64,000 bases of DNA from Dehalococcoidia bacterium (GCA_965205185.1 OZ242043.1:661584-725583); one strand, 5' to 3'. Positions 7,277 to 17,130 are shown, counted from the stretch's first letter. The notes: generated by a model from the sequence alone, not told the origin. Made by a program: numbers and translations.

Positions 7277-8923
7277 CTACTCCGCGTCTGCTCCGTCATC
7301 CTCCGGGGTAGGTTGCTGCTCCGCGCCGGCGAAATCGGCGATGAGGGCGGGCGCCGCCGAATCGAATCCTACCACATCCAGCATACCGCCGTCATCCGGA
7401 TCGGCGATGGAAAATCCGTTGCTCACCATACCGGCCACCACCAGCTTGGCGGGAATGCCCATCTCTTGCCGGTAGCGGCGGAGCGCTTCGGCTGGGTGGA
7501 TCGGGCCGGCCCAAGTTTCGCTGTCGGTCAAGATGATGAAGCAGTCCACCGGGATTTTGTGGTGCAGGGCGTCCAGCATGGGCAGGGCGCAGTCGGTGCC
7601 GCCGAAGGGCAGATCCTGGGTCTTGCGCATGGCGTCGGTCAGGCTGTCGCCGGCGGTTAGGTCCAGGTCGGCCATCTTGACGTCGGACCGGCTTATAGGG
7701 AATCTCGCTCCGCTGTTGCTGCTGAATCCCCGGATGACGTGGTTGGGCTCCCGGCGGGCGATGGCCATCGCCATAGCGCAGGCGGCCATCCGGGGCGTGA
7801 GGCCCGGCGTCCCGGCCACTTCGCCGGCGGACATTGACCCGGAGACGTCCAGCCCCAAGTAGATGCGTTGGCCGGTTTGGGGCGCGGCGTCAAAGGAACG
7901 CTCAAAGGCGGCGTCCAGGGCATCGCAGATTGGGGCTACGGGCGTCCATTCGCCGCGGCCGCGCCGCCCCTTGCCGTGGCGGTAGGTGAGCAGGGCTTTC
8001 AGCACGTTCAGCGGATGGATGCGGGGGCCGCCGTTGCCGATGCGCTCGATGCGTTTCACGGCCCAGTCGGCGTTCATGGGTTCGATGACGCCGACGCGGG
8101 TGAGAGTAGCCAAGTTCCGCACTAGGGCGTTGATGGGCATATTTACGCTGAGGGCCGCCCACACTTCGCGGGCTTTCAGGGCTTCGGCGGGAACCATTTC
8201 CCAGCTCATGCGATGTTGGCGCACCAGTTCGGCGGTTTCCGGGATGCCGGCGGTTTTGGCCTGCTCGAAAGCGCGGGCCAGTTCCAGCTCCGGGTATTCG
8301 TCGCCGGCGTCGCCTTGGGTGATCCAGTTGAACAGCCGCTGCCGCGGCCCTTCGGCCTTGGGGTGGGTTAGGCGCAGCAGATCCCGGTGGCTGTAGCCGC
8401 TGCGTTCCCGGTACTTGACGGTCTGGTAGACCAGATCTGCCAGCGGCCGGTTTTCGTACCAGGCGGCGACGGCCTTGCGCAGGGCGCGCCCCCAGCCGCG
8501 CATGGCGGCGGCGTAGGAGGCGAACTCCAATAGGTGGCTGCCGGTGCGGGCGACTTCGGGCAGTCTTTCCCGCGCCTGCCGCCTTGCGGATTTTTCGCCG
8601 TAGGTCACCGCCAGGGCCAGGGCGAACAGGGCGGGGGTGTTGCGCGGGGCGCGGCCGGACTTGCTGATTTCGCCGATGAGGTCCAGCCCCTTTTCCGTGT
8701 CGCTTTGGAGCAGCCGGAGGACCGCTTGGGCGTTTTCTTGGGTGAGCTGGCGCTCGCCGGCGTAGTAGCTGCCGCCCTCGGAACCCAAGATGAGGAACCG
8801 GGCCAGCCGGGTCTCGTCGGATACCGGGTAGACGTAGCCGCCGGCGCTGTTCGGCGTCTGTCCGGGCAAGGGTTCGGTCTGGGGCGTGGGCGTTTCGATG
8901 TAGCGGTTCAGGTAGGTGGTCAT
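7277..8923 (-). CDS. rsr: Ro60-related protein Rsr (TROVE domain + vWA/MIDAS)
   Basis: Start MTTYLNRY at ATG 8923 with AGAGGA upstream. The TROVE hallmark RFLILGSEGGSYYAGE is present, as is a C-terminal vWA domain with the MIDAS motif DVSGSM. Confidence 0.85.
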   Translation of the reverse strand: MTTYLNRYIETPTPQTEPLPGQTPNSAGGYVYPVSDETRLARFLILGSEGGSYYAGERQLTQENAQAVLRLLQSDTEKGLDLIGEISKSGRAPRNTPALFALALAVTYGEKSARRQARERLPEVARTGSHLLEFASYAAAMRGWGRALRKAVAAWYENRPLADLVYQTVKYRERSGYSHRDLLRLTHPKAEGPRQRLFNWITQGDAGDEYPELELARAFEQAKTAGIPETAELVRQHRMSWEMVPAEALKAREVWAALSVNMPINALVRNLATLTRVGVIEPMNADWAVKRIERIGNGGPRIHPLNVLKALLTYRHGKGRRGRGEWTPVAPICDALDAAFERSFDAAPQTGQRIYLGLDVSGSMSAGEVAGTPGLTPRMAACAMAMAIARREPNHVIRGFSSNSGARFPISRSDVKMADLDLTAGDSLTDAMRKTQDLPFGGTDCALPMLDALHHKIPVDCFIILTDSETWAGPIHPAEALRRYRQEMGIPAKLVVAGMVSNGFSIADPDDGGMLDVVGFDSAAPALIADFAGAEQQPTPEDDGADAE

Positions 8924-9151
8924 GGCGGCGGTTCCTCTTGCCGGAGCGGGCGGGAGGCTGAAAGCCCCCGGCGGACGGGTTGCGCTTCCTGGAAGCATCA
9001 TTAGCAGTGATAACCAGGGAGCATCGGCCCGCCGGGGCTTTAGGCTTTACATATCATTTTACGGATTAGTTCCGTTCCAATCAAGGATGCATGAACGGCG
9101 CAGCGGCAAAGGATCCTCGCGGAAATAATAATCGCAACCGGCAACCCCCGA

Positions 9152-10591
9152 TCATCCCCCCGCCGCGACCGGCAGCCGCAGGATAAAGCGGCTGCCCTGT
9201 CCGGCGGCGCTTTCCGCCTCGATCGTCCCCCCGTGCGCCTCGGTCAAGCGGCGGGCGATGGTCAGCCCCAGCCCGGCGCCGCCCGTGGCCCGCGCCCGGG
9301 ACGGATCGGCGCGGTAAAAACGATCGAAAATCCGCGGCAAATCCTCCAGCGCGATCCCCCGCCCGGTATCCGCTACCACCACCTCGACCCCGCCGCCGGC
9401 CGCCCGCGCCGACACCGTTACCCGCCCCCCCTCCGGCGTATGCGTAATCGCGTTCTCCAGCAGATTGCCCACCACCTGCGCGATGCGGGTGGCGTCCAAC
9501 TCCGCCATCGGCAGCGGCGGATCGACCTCCAGACTCAAGGCCACCCCCTTGCCCTCCGCCCGGGGGCGCACCGCCTCGACCCCCGACTGCAACAACTCGC
9601 CCATCGCCGTCGGCGCCCGCCGCAGCTCCAGCGCCCCGGCGTCCACCTGCGCCAATAGCCGCAAATCCTCCACCAGCCGCGACAGATGCCGCGCCTGCCC
9701 GTGGATCGTGTCGATGGTTTCCGGCGTAGGCTGGATCAGCCCATCCTTGATCGCCTCAAGATAGCCCTGAATGTTGGACAGCGGGGTACGCAGTTCGTGG
9801 GCCACATCGGCGGTCAAATTGCGGCGATGGCGTTCCGCCTCCTCCAGCCCGGCGGCCATCTGATTGAAACTATGCGCCAACTGGCGGATTTCGCCGGGGC
9901 CGGCGGCCTCCGCCCGTTGCGACAAATCCCCCTGCCCCAGCCGCCGCGCCGCCGCGCCCAAGTTTTGCAGCGGCGCCAGCATCCGCCCCGACAGCAGCCA
10001 CACCAGCATAATCCCCAGCGCCGCCGCCCCCACGCCCCCCCACAGCAGCGACCGATCCACCACGTCGGCAATGCGCGACGCCGCCGGATCCAGCGACGCC
10101 GCCGGAAAGCCCGGCGCCGCGGCGAACACCGGCGCAACCGTGAACGCCGCCACCTGCTCCCCATCCCGAAACACCGGGAATTTCTTTATTTCCCGCGGCA
10201 ACCCCGGCCAACCCTTGAAATCCTTGTCCCCGGACGCCGACGCCATCCCCGAATGGGAATCCGCCACCAGAACGCCCTTATAATCGTAAACTTGGATATG
10301 AAACCCCGAAACCGGCCCGGCCCGCTCCAAAATCGCTTGCAGACTGGCATCGCCGTCCCGCCGCCAATCTTTGGCGTAATGTTCATAGTGTTCGGCAACG
10401 AACTCCCGGATCCGCGATACTTGCGCCGAATCCCGGTCGCGCTCAAACCGCTGCGTCTGCGTTTCCGCCACAAATCCGGCGGCCAGCCCCACCAGCGCCA
10501 ACGCCAGCGCCAAAGCGATGGCGAACCCCAGCGCCAGCCGGAACTGCAAACCGGAAAACAGCCCGGAGCGAAAATCAAACATCGCCCTCAC
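9152..10591 (-). CDS. sensor histidine kinase (2 TM, HAMP, HisKA, HATPase_c)
   Basis: H-box VAHELRTPL, G1 box DTGRGI and G2 box GGAGLGL. The GTG start overlaps the regulator stop (GTGA). Confidence 0.9.
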   Translation of the reverse strand: MRAMFDFRSGLFSGLQFRLALGFAIALALALALVGLAAGFVAETQTQRFERDRDSAQVSRIREFVAEHYEHYAKDWRRDGDASLQAILERAGPVSGFHIQVYDYKGVLVADSHSGMASASGDKDFKGWPGLPREIKKFPVFRDGEQVAAFTVAPVFAAAPGFPAASLDPAASRIADVVDRSLLWGGVGAAALGIMLVWLLSGRMLAPLQNLGAAARRLGQGDLSQRAEAAGPGEIRQLAHSFNQMAAGLEEAERHRRNLTADVAHELRTPLSNIQGYLEAIKDGLIQPTPETIDTIHGQARHLSRLVEDLRLLAQVDAGALELRRAPTAMGELLQSGVEAVRPRAEGKGVALSLEVDPPLPMAELDATRIAQVVGNLLENAITHTPEGGRVTVSARAAGGGVEVVVADTGRGIALEDLPRIFDRFYRADPSRARATGGAGLGLTIARRLTEAHGGTIEAESAAGQGSRFILRLPVAAGG

Positions 10592-11343
10592 CCCGGCCCT
10601 TTCCCGGCGGGAGCGGGGGCGTCATAAGCGTAATTCAGCCGGTAGCCGCTGCCGTATACCGTCTGCACCAGTTTGGCGCTGCCGCCGGGCAACGCCGCCA
10701 GCTTGCGCCGCAGCCCGGAAACGTGGGCGTCTACCGTCCGGTCAAACCCGTCAAAATCATCGCCCAATGCCCGGTCTATGATTTCCTCGCGGGTGAAAGT
10801 GCGGCCCGGACGCCGCATCAGCAGCGCCAGCAGCCGGAACTCGGTAGGCGTAAGCCGCGCCTCCGCCCCGCCCACCGTCGCCCGCCGGGCTCCAGTATCC
10901 AACTCCACCGGCCCGGCCGACAGCTTGCCCGAGGCATCATCCCCGCCCCCGTCGCGGGCCGCCCGCCGCAACACCGCCCGCACCCGCGCCGCCAATTCGC
11001 GCGGGCTGAACGGCTTGGTAACATAATCATCCGCCCCCAAATCCAGCCCCGCCAGCCGGTCCTCCTCCTCCACCCGCGCCGTAAGCATAATCACCGGCAT
11101 CGCCTGCGTATCCGGCTCCCGCCGCAGCGACCGGCAAACATCCAACCCGTTCAAGCGGGGCAGCATCAGATCCAGCACCACCAGATGCGGACGCTCCTCC
11201 CGCGCCAACGCCAGCCCGCTGGCCCCGTCCCCGGCCGACAGCACCCGGTAGCCGTCCCGCTCCAGATACATCCGGCTCAAGGCAACCACATTAGGGTCAT
11301 CATCCACAATCAAAACCGTCTGCGCCGCCGCCGGCATACTCAT
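10588..11343 (-). CDS. OmpR-family response regulator
   Basis: Receiver domain (LIVDDDPN, VVLDLMLP) plus a winged-helix output domain (LTPTEFRLLALLM..VYGSGYRL). Confidence 0.9.
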   Translation of the reverse strand: MSMPAAAQTVLIVDDDPNVVALSRMYLERDGYRVLSAGDGASGLALAREERPHLVVLDLMLPRLNGLDVCRSLRREPDTQAMPVIMLTARVEEEDRLAGLDLGADDYVTKPFSPRELAARVRAVLRRAARDGGGDDASGKLSAGPVELDTGARRATVGGAEARLTPTEFRLLALLMRRPGRTFTREEIIDRALGDDFDGFDRTVDAHVSGLRRKLAALPGGSAKLVQTVYGSGYRLNYAYDAPAPAGKGPG

Positions 11344-11480
11344 ATCATTATCCCATCCAAATCGGCGCGATGAAATGAAACCAAAGCCGCCAACCCAATA
11401 TCAAGGGCTAAGCCGGGCCCTCCCCGATTAGGGGAAAGCCCGGCGGGAATTACCTTGCGAGGGGATCACCGGCTTGCGCC

Positions 11481-12215
11481 CTAGCGGCCGCGCCGTCCGT
11501 CCCGGTGGCCCTTGCCGAAACCGTCCCAGTCGCCCGATTCGATTTTGGCGAGGATGGCATCGGCCTTTTCCTGCGTGATTTTACCGCTTTCCACCGCGGC
11601 TTGCAGCTCGCTGACCAGCTCATCGCGGAACGCCTGCTCCACGGCGGCCGACACGCTGTCGCCGTCAACCCCCAAGATGGCGCCCACCCGGTCGGCGAAC
11701 TCCTGATAACCATCGCCGCCCCGATGCCCCTTGCCGCCGGGATGCAGCCCGAAACCCATCCCGATCCATCCGCCGGCCTCGGCCTCATCGCGGATTTCCT
11801 GCGCTTCCTCCTCGGTAATGCGCCCCTGGTCAACGGCCCATTGCAGCTTGCGATCCAAGGCTTCCCTCCCCATTTCCCCGCTGACCTGCGTGATGGCATC
11901 GGCGGTAGCCTCGGCGTCGGTGCCTAGCGTAACCGCGATGCGCCCGGCGAACTCCTGCAACTCGGCGGCGGCGGTTTCCTGGATGACTTCCTTTTCCGCC
12001 CGGACGATCGCATCGGCGGTTTCCTGCGCGTCGGTGCCGAGGATTTCCGCCACCCGGTTAGCCACCGCCGTCCGGTGTTCGCCCCGCCCCCGGTCATCGA
12101 ACCACCCGCCGAAGCCGCCCCACCCGCCGCCGCCCCAAGCCAGGGCCGCGCCGCCGGTAATCCCCACCGCCAGCAGCCCCACCGACAAGGCGATCAGTAT
12201 CCACTTTTTCCGCAT
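11481..12215 (-). CDS. membrane-anchored/secreted hypothetical protein with internal helical repeats
   Basis: ATG at 12215 (MRKKWILIALSVGLLAV) preceded by GGGAGA. Repeated (R/K)ITxE(E/K)A..I...E(A/S)G(G/D)W segments. Lies upstream of the two-component genes on the same strand. Confidence 0.55.
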   Translation of the reverse strand: MRKKWILIALSVGLLAVGITGGAALAWGGGGWGGFGGWFDDRGRGEHRTAVANRVAEILGTDAQETADAIVRAEKEVIQETAAAELQEFAGRIAVTLGTDAEATADAITQVSGEMGREALDRKLQWAVDQGRITEEEAQEIRDEAEAGGWIGMGFGLHPGGKGHRGGDGYQEFADRVGAILGVDGDSVSAAVEQAFRDELVSELQAAVESGKITQEKADAILAKIESGDWDGFGKGHRDGRRGR

Positions 12216-12339
12216 TTCCAATCTCCCGCCAATTCCATACTCGCCGGGCGCCATCACCCGACGGCAATAATCAATTTAGCGGGCAACTTTTAAGGAATTA
12301 TAAAGGAAACCCCGATTTCCCAGGGTTTCCCGAAAATCC

Positions 12340-12652
12340 CCCAAAAACAAAAATCCCCTCCCCACCGACGAGGGTTAAGGCGGGGGCGTCCCCCATCCCC
12401 CGCAGAGGCCGGTTATTCATCCTGAGCTTGTCGAAGGATGAATGACCGCCCCCCCACGGAGGAAATAGCGGAAAACAAAAAATCCCCTCCCATAAGGGGG
12501 AGGGTTAGGGTGGGGGCGTTCCCTATCCCCCGCAGAGGCCGGTTATTCATCCTGAGCTTGTCGAAGGATGAATGACCGCCCCCCCACGGAGGAAATAGCG
12601 GAAAACAAAAAATCCCCTCCCCCTTAGGGGGAGGGTTAGGGTGGGGGTGGGC
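12340..12652. repeat. repeat cluster: two ~125-bp tandem units, each with one family-2 and one family-1 element
   Basis: CCCGCAGAGGCCGGTTATTCATCCTGAGCTTGTCGAAGGATGAATGACCGCCCCCCCACGGAGGAAATAGCGGAAAACAAAAAATCCCCTCCC occurs twice, starting at about 12393 and 12521. Family 1 copies lie at about 12345, 12478 and 12606. Confidence 0.85.
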
Positions 12653-12653
12653 G

Positions 12654-14222
12654 CTACGGATCATCGCTGCGGCAATCCGCGTAGCCTATAAGCAGGTTGG
12701 CCGCCAGCCCATAACGCCGCGCATCCAAGCGGAAGCGGGTTTGCGCCGGATCCGTAGCTACCTGCACGGTGGCCCTTTGGCCGTTGCGCTCCAGCGTGGG
12801 CAAGGCTAGGCCCTGCGTTTCGTAGGCCACATAGCGGCCGTTGCGCCATAGCGACAGGTGCAGCAGGATGGGGCCGTCGTAGCGGCCCAAGTCGAAGGTC
12901 AGCGTGGCCCCCCGGTTGGCGGCGTGGGTTTGGCAGGCGGCCGTCATCCCGTACTCGGCGTTTTGGTAGATTTCGGGATGATCCGCCGCCGGGTCGTAAG
13001 CCCGCTCTCTTTCCGGCGGAATGCTGCGGGGCAGGGCGGGCGGCGCAGTGTCCGTGGTGGTGGCGGTTTCGCCGTTGCCGCCGTTGCCGCCGTTGCCCCC
13101 AGCTCCCGGCTCCGGCGTCGGCTCCGGGGTTGGCGGCGGCTCCGGCGTCGGCTCCGGGGTTGGCGGCGGCTCCGGGGTTGGCGGCGGGGGCGGGGCCGTC
13201 GGCACGCGCTGGGCCGGGGGCTTGATGGTTGGGTAGTCGTTGGCGGCGCCGAAGTGCCATGGGTCGTCCCTGGTATCGCCCGCCCCCAAGGGGATGTTCC
13301 AGTTTTCGTAGATGCCGGCGTAGCCGGTGGGGGCCTGGAGTTGGGCGGTGGTTTGCGCCACGGCGTCAAGGCCGCTGTTGACCGCCGCGCCGACGCACGA
13401 TAGCGACCCGTTGACCGTGGTGTCGCAGTAGCTGACGGCAATGACGTCGGCGCTGCGGACGGATTGCCCCACCAGCCCGCCGATCCGGGAGTTGCCGCCG
13501 CCGCCGCCGGACACCGCGCCGGCGGCGTAGCTGGCGCGGATGGTGCCGGTTCCGAAAGCCAGGGAGCCGATGCTGCCGGCCAGCCCGCCGACGTTGACGC
13601 CCGCATGACCGCCGCCGTCCACCGCCGCGGTGGAGTAGGCGGCCAAAATCGCGCCGGAACTGCCCCGGCCCACCAGCCCCCCGGCCTGCGCGTTGCCGCC
13701 GGTGAGGGCCACCGTGCCGCCCGAGGCGTAGCTGGCGGCGATCATACCATCGTTCACCCCCGCCAGAGTCCCGTAGCCCCGGCCGCCCCCGCCGCCGCGG
13801 ATGTTGGCATCGACCATCCCCACATTGCGGATGACGCCGCGCGGCGCCACCCGGCCGAACAGCCCGGCATCGGTGCTGGTCCGGTTGATGGTCAAGCGGG
13901 CGATGGCGCGGCCGTTGCCGTCGAACACCCCGGAATACCCGGCGACGCCGCCGATGGGCATCCAGTTGGGATAGGCATCGGTGGATGTTACGGCCACCCC
14001 GTCGGCGGCGAAATCCAGCCCGGCGGCTAGTTCGTAGCCGATGCAGAAGGTGGCGCAGCCCATCCGGGGGCCGCCGCTAATGTCGAAATTGCCGCCGGGG
14101 AATGCGCCGGCGTAGGCGACATAATCGCCGGGCGATTCGGGCAGCCCGTCGCCGTTCAGGTCATGCCGGATGGCGTTCAGCTTATGCAAGCTGTCTACGT
14201 CAATCAGGTCGTTCTGTTGCAT
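12654..14222 (-). CDS. GLUG-motif repeat protein with Pro/Thr linker and C-terminal domain
   Basis: Repeated GGLVG/GGLAG blocks (AGGLVGRGSSGAILAAYS, VGGLAGSIG, IGGLVGQS). A PTPEP linker and GNGGNGGNG run follow. No obvious signal peptide. Confidence 0.6.
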   Translation of the reverse strand: MQQNDLIDVDSLHKLNAIRHDLNGDGLPESPGDYVAYAGAFPGGNFDISGGPRMGCATFCIGYELAAGLDFAADGVAVTSTDAYPNWMPIGGVAGYSGVFDGNGRAIARLTINRTSTDAGLFGRVAPRGVIRNVGMVDANIRGGGGGRGYGTLAGVNDGMIAASYASGGTVALTGGNAQAGGLVGRGSSGAILAAYSTAAVDGGGHAGVNVGGLAGSIGSLAFGTGTIRASYAAGAVSGGGGGNSRIGGLVGQSVRSADVIAVSYCDTTVNGSLSCVGAAVNSGLDAVAQTTAQLQAPTGYAGIYENWNIPLGAGDTRDDPWHFGAANDYPTIKPPAQRVPTAPPPPPTPEPPPTPEPTPEPPPTPEPTPEPGAGGNGGNGGNGETATTTDTAPPALPRSIPPERERAYDPAADHPEIYQNAEYGMTAACQTHAANRGATLTFDLGRYDGPILLHLSLWRNGRYVAYETQGLALPTLERNGQRATVQVATDPAQTRFRLDARRYGLAANLLIGYADCRSDDP

Positions 14223-14244
14223 TTTGCTGGGTAGCCTAAGGCGC

Positions 14245-14466
14245 TCAGGATGGCGGCAATTCCGCTAGTCGCCGCGCCATGTCTTCCGCCCCGGCCTTGC
14301 CTTTAGTGAGTGAAGTCGACTTCCCTGAATAGCGCACGCTCCAGACCCATTCACCCTGGCTGTTTTTCGCTACAGCCGCAACCAGGACTCCCTCCCGCCA
14401 CCCTAGATCTCCTCTCCAAATTCTTCGACCGTCCGGTATGGTTTCCTCATGCCATTTAGCCATCAT
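14245..14466 (-). CDS. hypothetical protein (73 aa)
   Basis: The ATGATG start overlaps the TAA stop of the upstream ORF by 11 nt. No recognisable domain. Confidence 0.35.
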   Translation of the reverse strand: MMAKWHEETIPDGRRIWRGDLGWREGVLVAAVAKNSQGEWVWSVRYSGKSTSLTKGKAGAEDMARRLAELPPS

Positions 14467-14872
14467 CGCCTACAGCTACCCAGCAAATGCAACAGAACCC
14501 TTGCCGGTCTGCTAGTTTGTCCGGGTCAATCCCCAACGCATCGCCCAATGCCGCCGCCGCCAAATCCCGGTCGTCGGTTATGGCCGGCGGAATCTTGGTC
14601 TGAAAGTATAGGTCCAGATCATCCCGCGCCGTTGGAAACGGCGTCGCTGTCTGGCGTGGTGTCGCTGTCGGCAGCGGAGTCGCCGTTGGTAAAATTCCTA
14701 TAATCGACCCCGCCTGCGGAATGAGCGTCGCGGCCGCGGTGGGCAGGATTGTCGTCGCGGCCGCGGTGGCCGTGGGATACGGCGTTGACGCCGAGGGCGT
14801 GGCCGTCGGGGTTGCCGTGGCAACCGGCGCGGGCGTAGGGGTGGGCGCGGCACAAGCGACGACCGCCAGCAA
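14456..14872 (-). CDS. hypothetical Thr/Pro/Ala-rich protein
   Basis: The ORF has an alternative (TTG) start only. It has a low-complexity N-terminal half and a structured C-terminal ~50 aa. It straddles the strand-composition switch. Confidence 0.3.
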   Translation of the reverse strand: MLAVVACAAPTPTPAPVATATPTATPSASTPYPTATAAATTILPTAAATLIPQAGSIIGILPTATPLPTATPRQTATPFPTARDDLDLYFQTKIPPAITDDRDLAAAALGDALGIDPDKLADRQGFCCICWVAVGDDG

Positions 14873-14988
14873 ACACCACAGCCAAGAATCCGAACAAACC
14901 GACTTTTATTATGCGCCTTCCCAGACTTGGTTATGGGAAACCCAGCAAGGGCAACAGAACCGGGGAAAGGGATGGCGGGGGCGGCGCG

Positions 14989-15117
14989 GTTTGTGGGTTG
15001 GGGGTAGTAGGGGCGGGCGCTGGGGGTGCCATTGGGTAGTTTGCTGGCAGGCGTGGCTTATATAGGGTGGGTTCGGATAGGCGGGGGACTATTAGTTGCA
15101 TTTCGATTGGTTGGCCT
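14989..15117 (-). pseudogene. decayed duplicate of the last ~40 codons of gatA
   Basis: Region 14989-15117 aligns by eye at about 85% identity to 15551-15680, the gatA 3' end. Shared strings are GGGGGTAGTAGGGGCGGGC, GCCATTGGGT.GTTTGCTGG.AGGCGTGG, GGTTCGGATAGG.GGGGG and CTATTAGTTGCATT.CGAT.GG. Confidence 0.6.
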
Positions 15118-15306
15118 ATTGCTGGATGGCTTCGACTGCTGGCGGAAGTCGGCGCCTTTTGGGTTAGGGCGTATTTGACGGGGGTGGGTTTTTTGGCGTA
15201 TGCGCGGCGTTTTTGCAATTCTTGATTTCTCCAATTCCGGGAGGGGCTAGGATAGGAATGGGTGGGGCATTTCTGTCGGGTATTTGGGTTGCGGCTTTTG
15301 TTGGGG

Positions 15307-15465
15307 CTAGTTGGAGCGTTGGGCGGCGTCCTCCCAAAAGTCGGCGACCCGCTGGTGGCTTTTCTGCTCCTCGCGTTCCGCTTGTTCGTAGATGTTCTCC
15401 CGGGAGGTTTCGGGATCCTTGGCCTCGGTCTGCTCGGTTATCTTGATTGTTATTCGGCGTTCCAT
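15307..15465 (-). CDS. small hypothetical protein (52 aa, below the track cutoff)
   Basis: ATG at 15465 preceded by AGAGGGA at SD distance, with TAG at 15307. Product is MERRITIKITEQTEAKDPETSRENIYEQAEREEQKSHQRVADFWEDAAQRSN. It lies just downstream of gatA. Confidence 0.35.
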   Translation of the reverse strand: MERRITIKITEQTEAKDPETSRENIYEQAEREEQKSHQRVADFWEDAAQRSN

Positions 15466-15548
15466 AGTTGTCCCTCTTTATAGCGTCGGGCTTGGTGCAG
15501 TCTGTCTAGATCCGGCCTTTTCTCGCGCGTTTCTTGGGGCTGATTTTA

Positions 15549-17063
15549 TCAGGTTTGGGGTTCTGGGGGTAGTAGGGGCGGGCTTTGGGTGTGCCATTGG
15601 GTGGTTTGCTGGTAGGCGTGGGCTATTTGTAGTAGGGTTGGTTCGGATAGGTGGGGGCCTATTAGTTGCATTCCGATGGGTAGGGGTGGGGCGGTGGGGG
15701 TTGGGGGGGTGAAGCCGCAGGGTAGGGATAGGGCGGGGAGGCCGGCTACGTTTACGGGGAGGGTGGTGACGTCTAGCAGGTACATTTGGAGGGGGTCGGC
15801 GGTTTTTTCGCCGAGGGGGAAGGCGGGTATGGGGGAGGTGGGGGTGATCAGGGCGTCTACGGTTTGGAATACTTGGGCGAAGTCTTGGCGGATCAGGGTG
15901 CGGGCTTGCTGGGCTTTGCGGTAGTAGGCGTCGTAGTAGCCGGCGGATAGGGCGAAGGCGCCGAGCATTATGCGGCGGGTTACTTCGGGGCCGAAGCCGC
16001 GGCGGCGGGTTTGTTCCATGGCGGTCCAGATGTCGGGGGCGTCTTGGTGGGAGTAGCCGTATTTTACGCCGTCGTAGCGGGCGAGGTTGGCGGAGCATTC
16101 AGAGGGGGCGATGATGTAGTAGCAGGCAAGGGCGTATTTGGTGGAGGGTAGGGATACTTGGCGGGGGGATGCGCCGAGGTCTTGGAGGGTTTTGATGGCT
16201 TGTTCTACGGCCTGGCGAACTTGGGGGTCGGTGCCTGGGGCGAAGTATTCGGCGGGGATGCCGAGTCGGATGCCGCTTAGGTCGGGGGGGGCGTCGGGGG
16301 TTAGGGGCTGGGCGTAGTCGGGGGGCTGGTGGGGTAGGGAGGTGGCGTCTTGGGGGTCGTGGCCGGCGATGGCGGATAGGATTAGGGCGCAGTCGGCGGC
16401 GGTTTGGGCGATGGGGCCGATTTGGTCGAGGGATGAGGCGTAGGCGATTAGTCCGTAGCGGCTGACGAGGCCGTAGGAGGGTTTGAGGCCGGTTACGCCG
16501 CAGAGGGCGGCGGGCTGTCGGACGCTGCCGCCGGTGTCGGAGCCGAGGGCGTAGATGGCTTGTCCGGCGGCTACGGATGCGGCGGCGCCGCCGCTGCTGC
16601 CGCCGGGGACGCGGGCGGTGTCCCAGGGGTTGCGGGTGGGGTGGAAGGCGGAGTTTTCGCAGGAGGAGCCCATGGCGAATTCGTCCATGTTGCCTTTGCC
16701 GAGCATTACGGCGCCTTGCCGGAGGAGGCGTTGGGCGGCGGTGGCGTTGTATGGGGGGATGTAGTCGGCGAGCATCCGGGAGGCGCAGGTGGTTCGGACG
16801 CCCTGGGTGCTGATTACGTCTTTGATTTGCAGGGGGATGCCGGTGAGGGGATGGGCGGGGCCTTGGGCGAGCATTTGGTCGGCGGCATTGGCTTGGGTTA
16901 GGGCTAGTTCGGGGGTTAGGGTGATGAAGGATTGGATGGAGTTTTCGGTGGCTGCTATGCGGTCGAGGCAGGTTTGGGTTAGCTCTTGGGAGCTGATTTG
17001 GCGGGTGGTTAGGAGGTTTTGGGCTTGTTGGATGGTTAGGCGGTTTTGTTGTTGGGGGGGCAT
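15549..17063 (-). CDS. gatA: Glu-tRNA(Gln)/Asp-tRNA(Asn) amidotransferase subunit A
   Basis: 504 aa. It has the amidase signature GGSSGGAAASVAAG, a typical GatA N-terminus and a gatC neighbour. Confidence 0.95.
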   Translation of the reverse strand: MPPQQQNRLTIQQAQNLLTTRQISSQELTQTCLDRIAATENSIQSFITLTPELALTQANAADQMLAQGPAHPLTGIPLQIKDVISTQGVRTTCASRMLADYIPPYNATAAQRLLRQGAVMLGKGNMDEFAMGSSCENSAFHPTRNPWDTARVPGGSSGGAAASVAAGQAIYALGSDTGGSVRQPAALCGVTGLKPSYGLVSRYGLIAYASSLDQIGPIAQTAADCALILSAIAGHDPQDATSLPHQPPDYAQPLTPDAPPDLSGIRLGIPAEYFAPGTDPQVRQAVEQAIKTLQDLGASPRQVSLPSTKYALACYYIIAPSECSANLARYDGVKYGYSHQDAPDIWTAMEQTRRRGFGPEVTRRIMLGAFALSAGYYDAYYRKAQQARTLIRQDFAQVFQTVDALITPTSPIPAFPLGEKTADPLQMYLLDVTTLPVNVAGLPALSLPCGFTPPTPTAPPLPIGMQLIGPHLSEPTLLQIAHAYQQTTQWHTQSPPLLPPEPQT

Positions 17064-17130
17064 GGTTTGCTCGCTTTTGGGGGGTGTCTGGGGTGGATTG
17101 TGCTTCGTTGGTTTTGGGGGTTGGGGTGCG

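Noticed and set aside
14931-15218. The 95-aa track ORF as a real gene
   Set aside because: Its C-terminal half is the decayed copy of the gatA tail and the rest is low-complexity sequence. It is treated as a pseudogene fragment.
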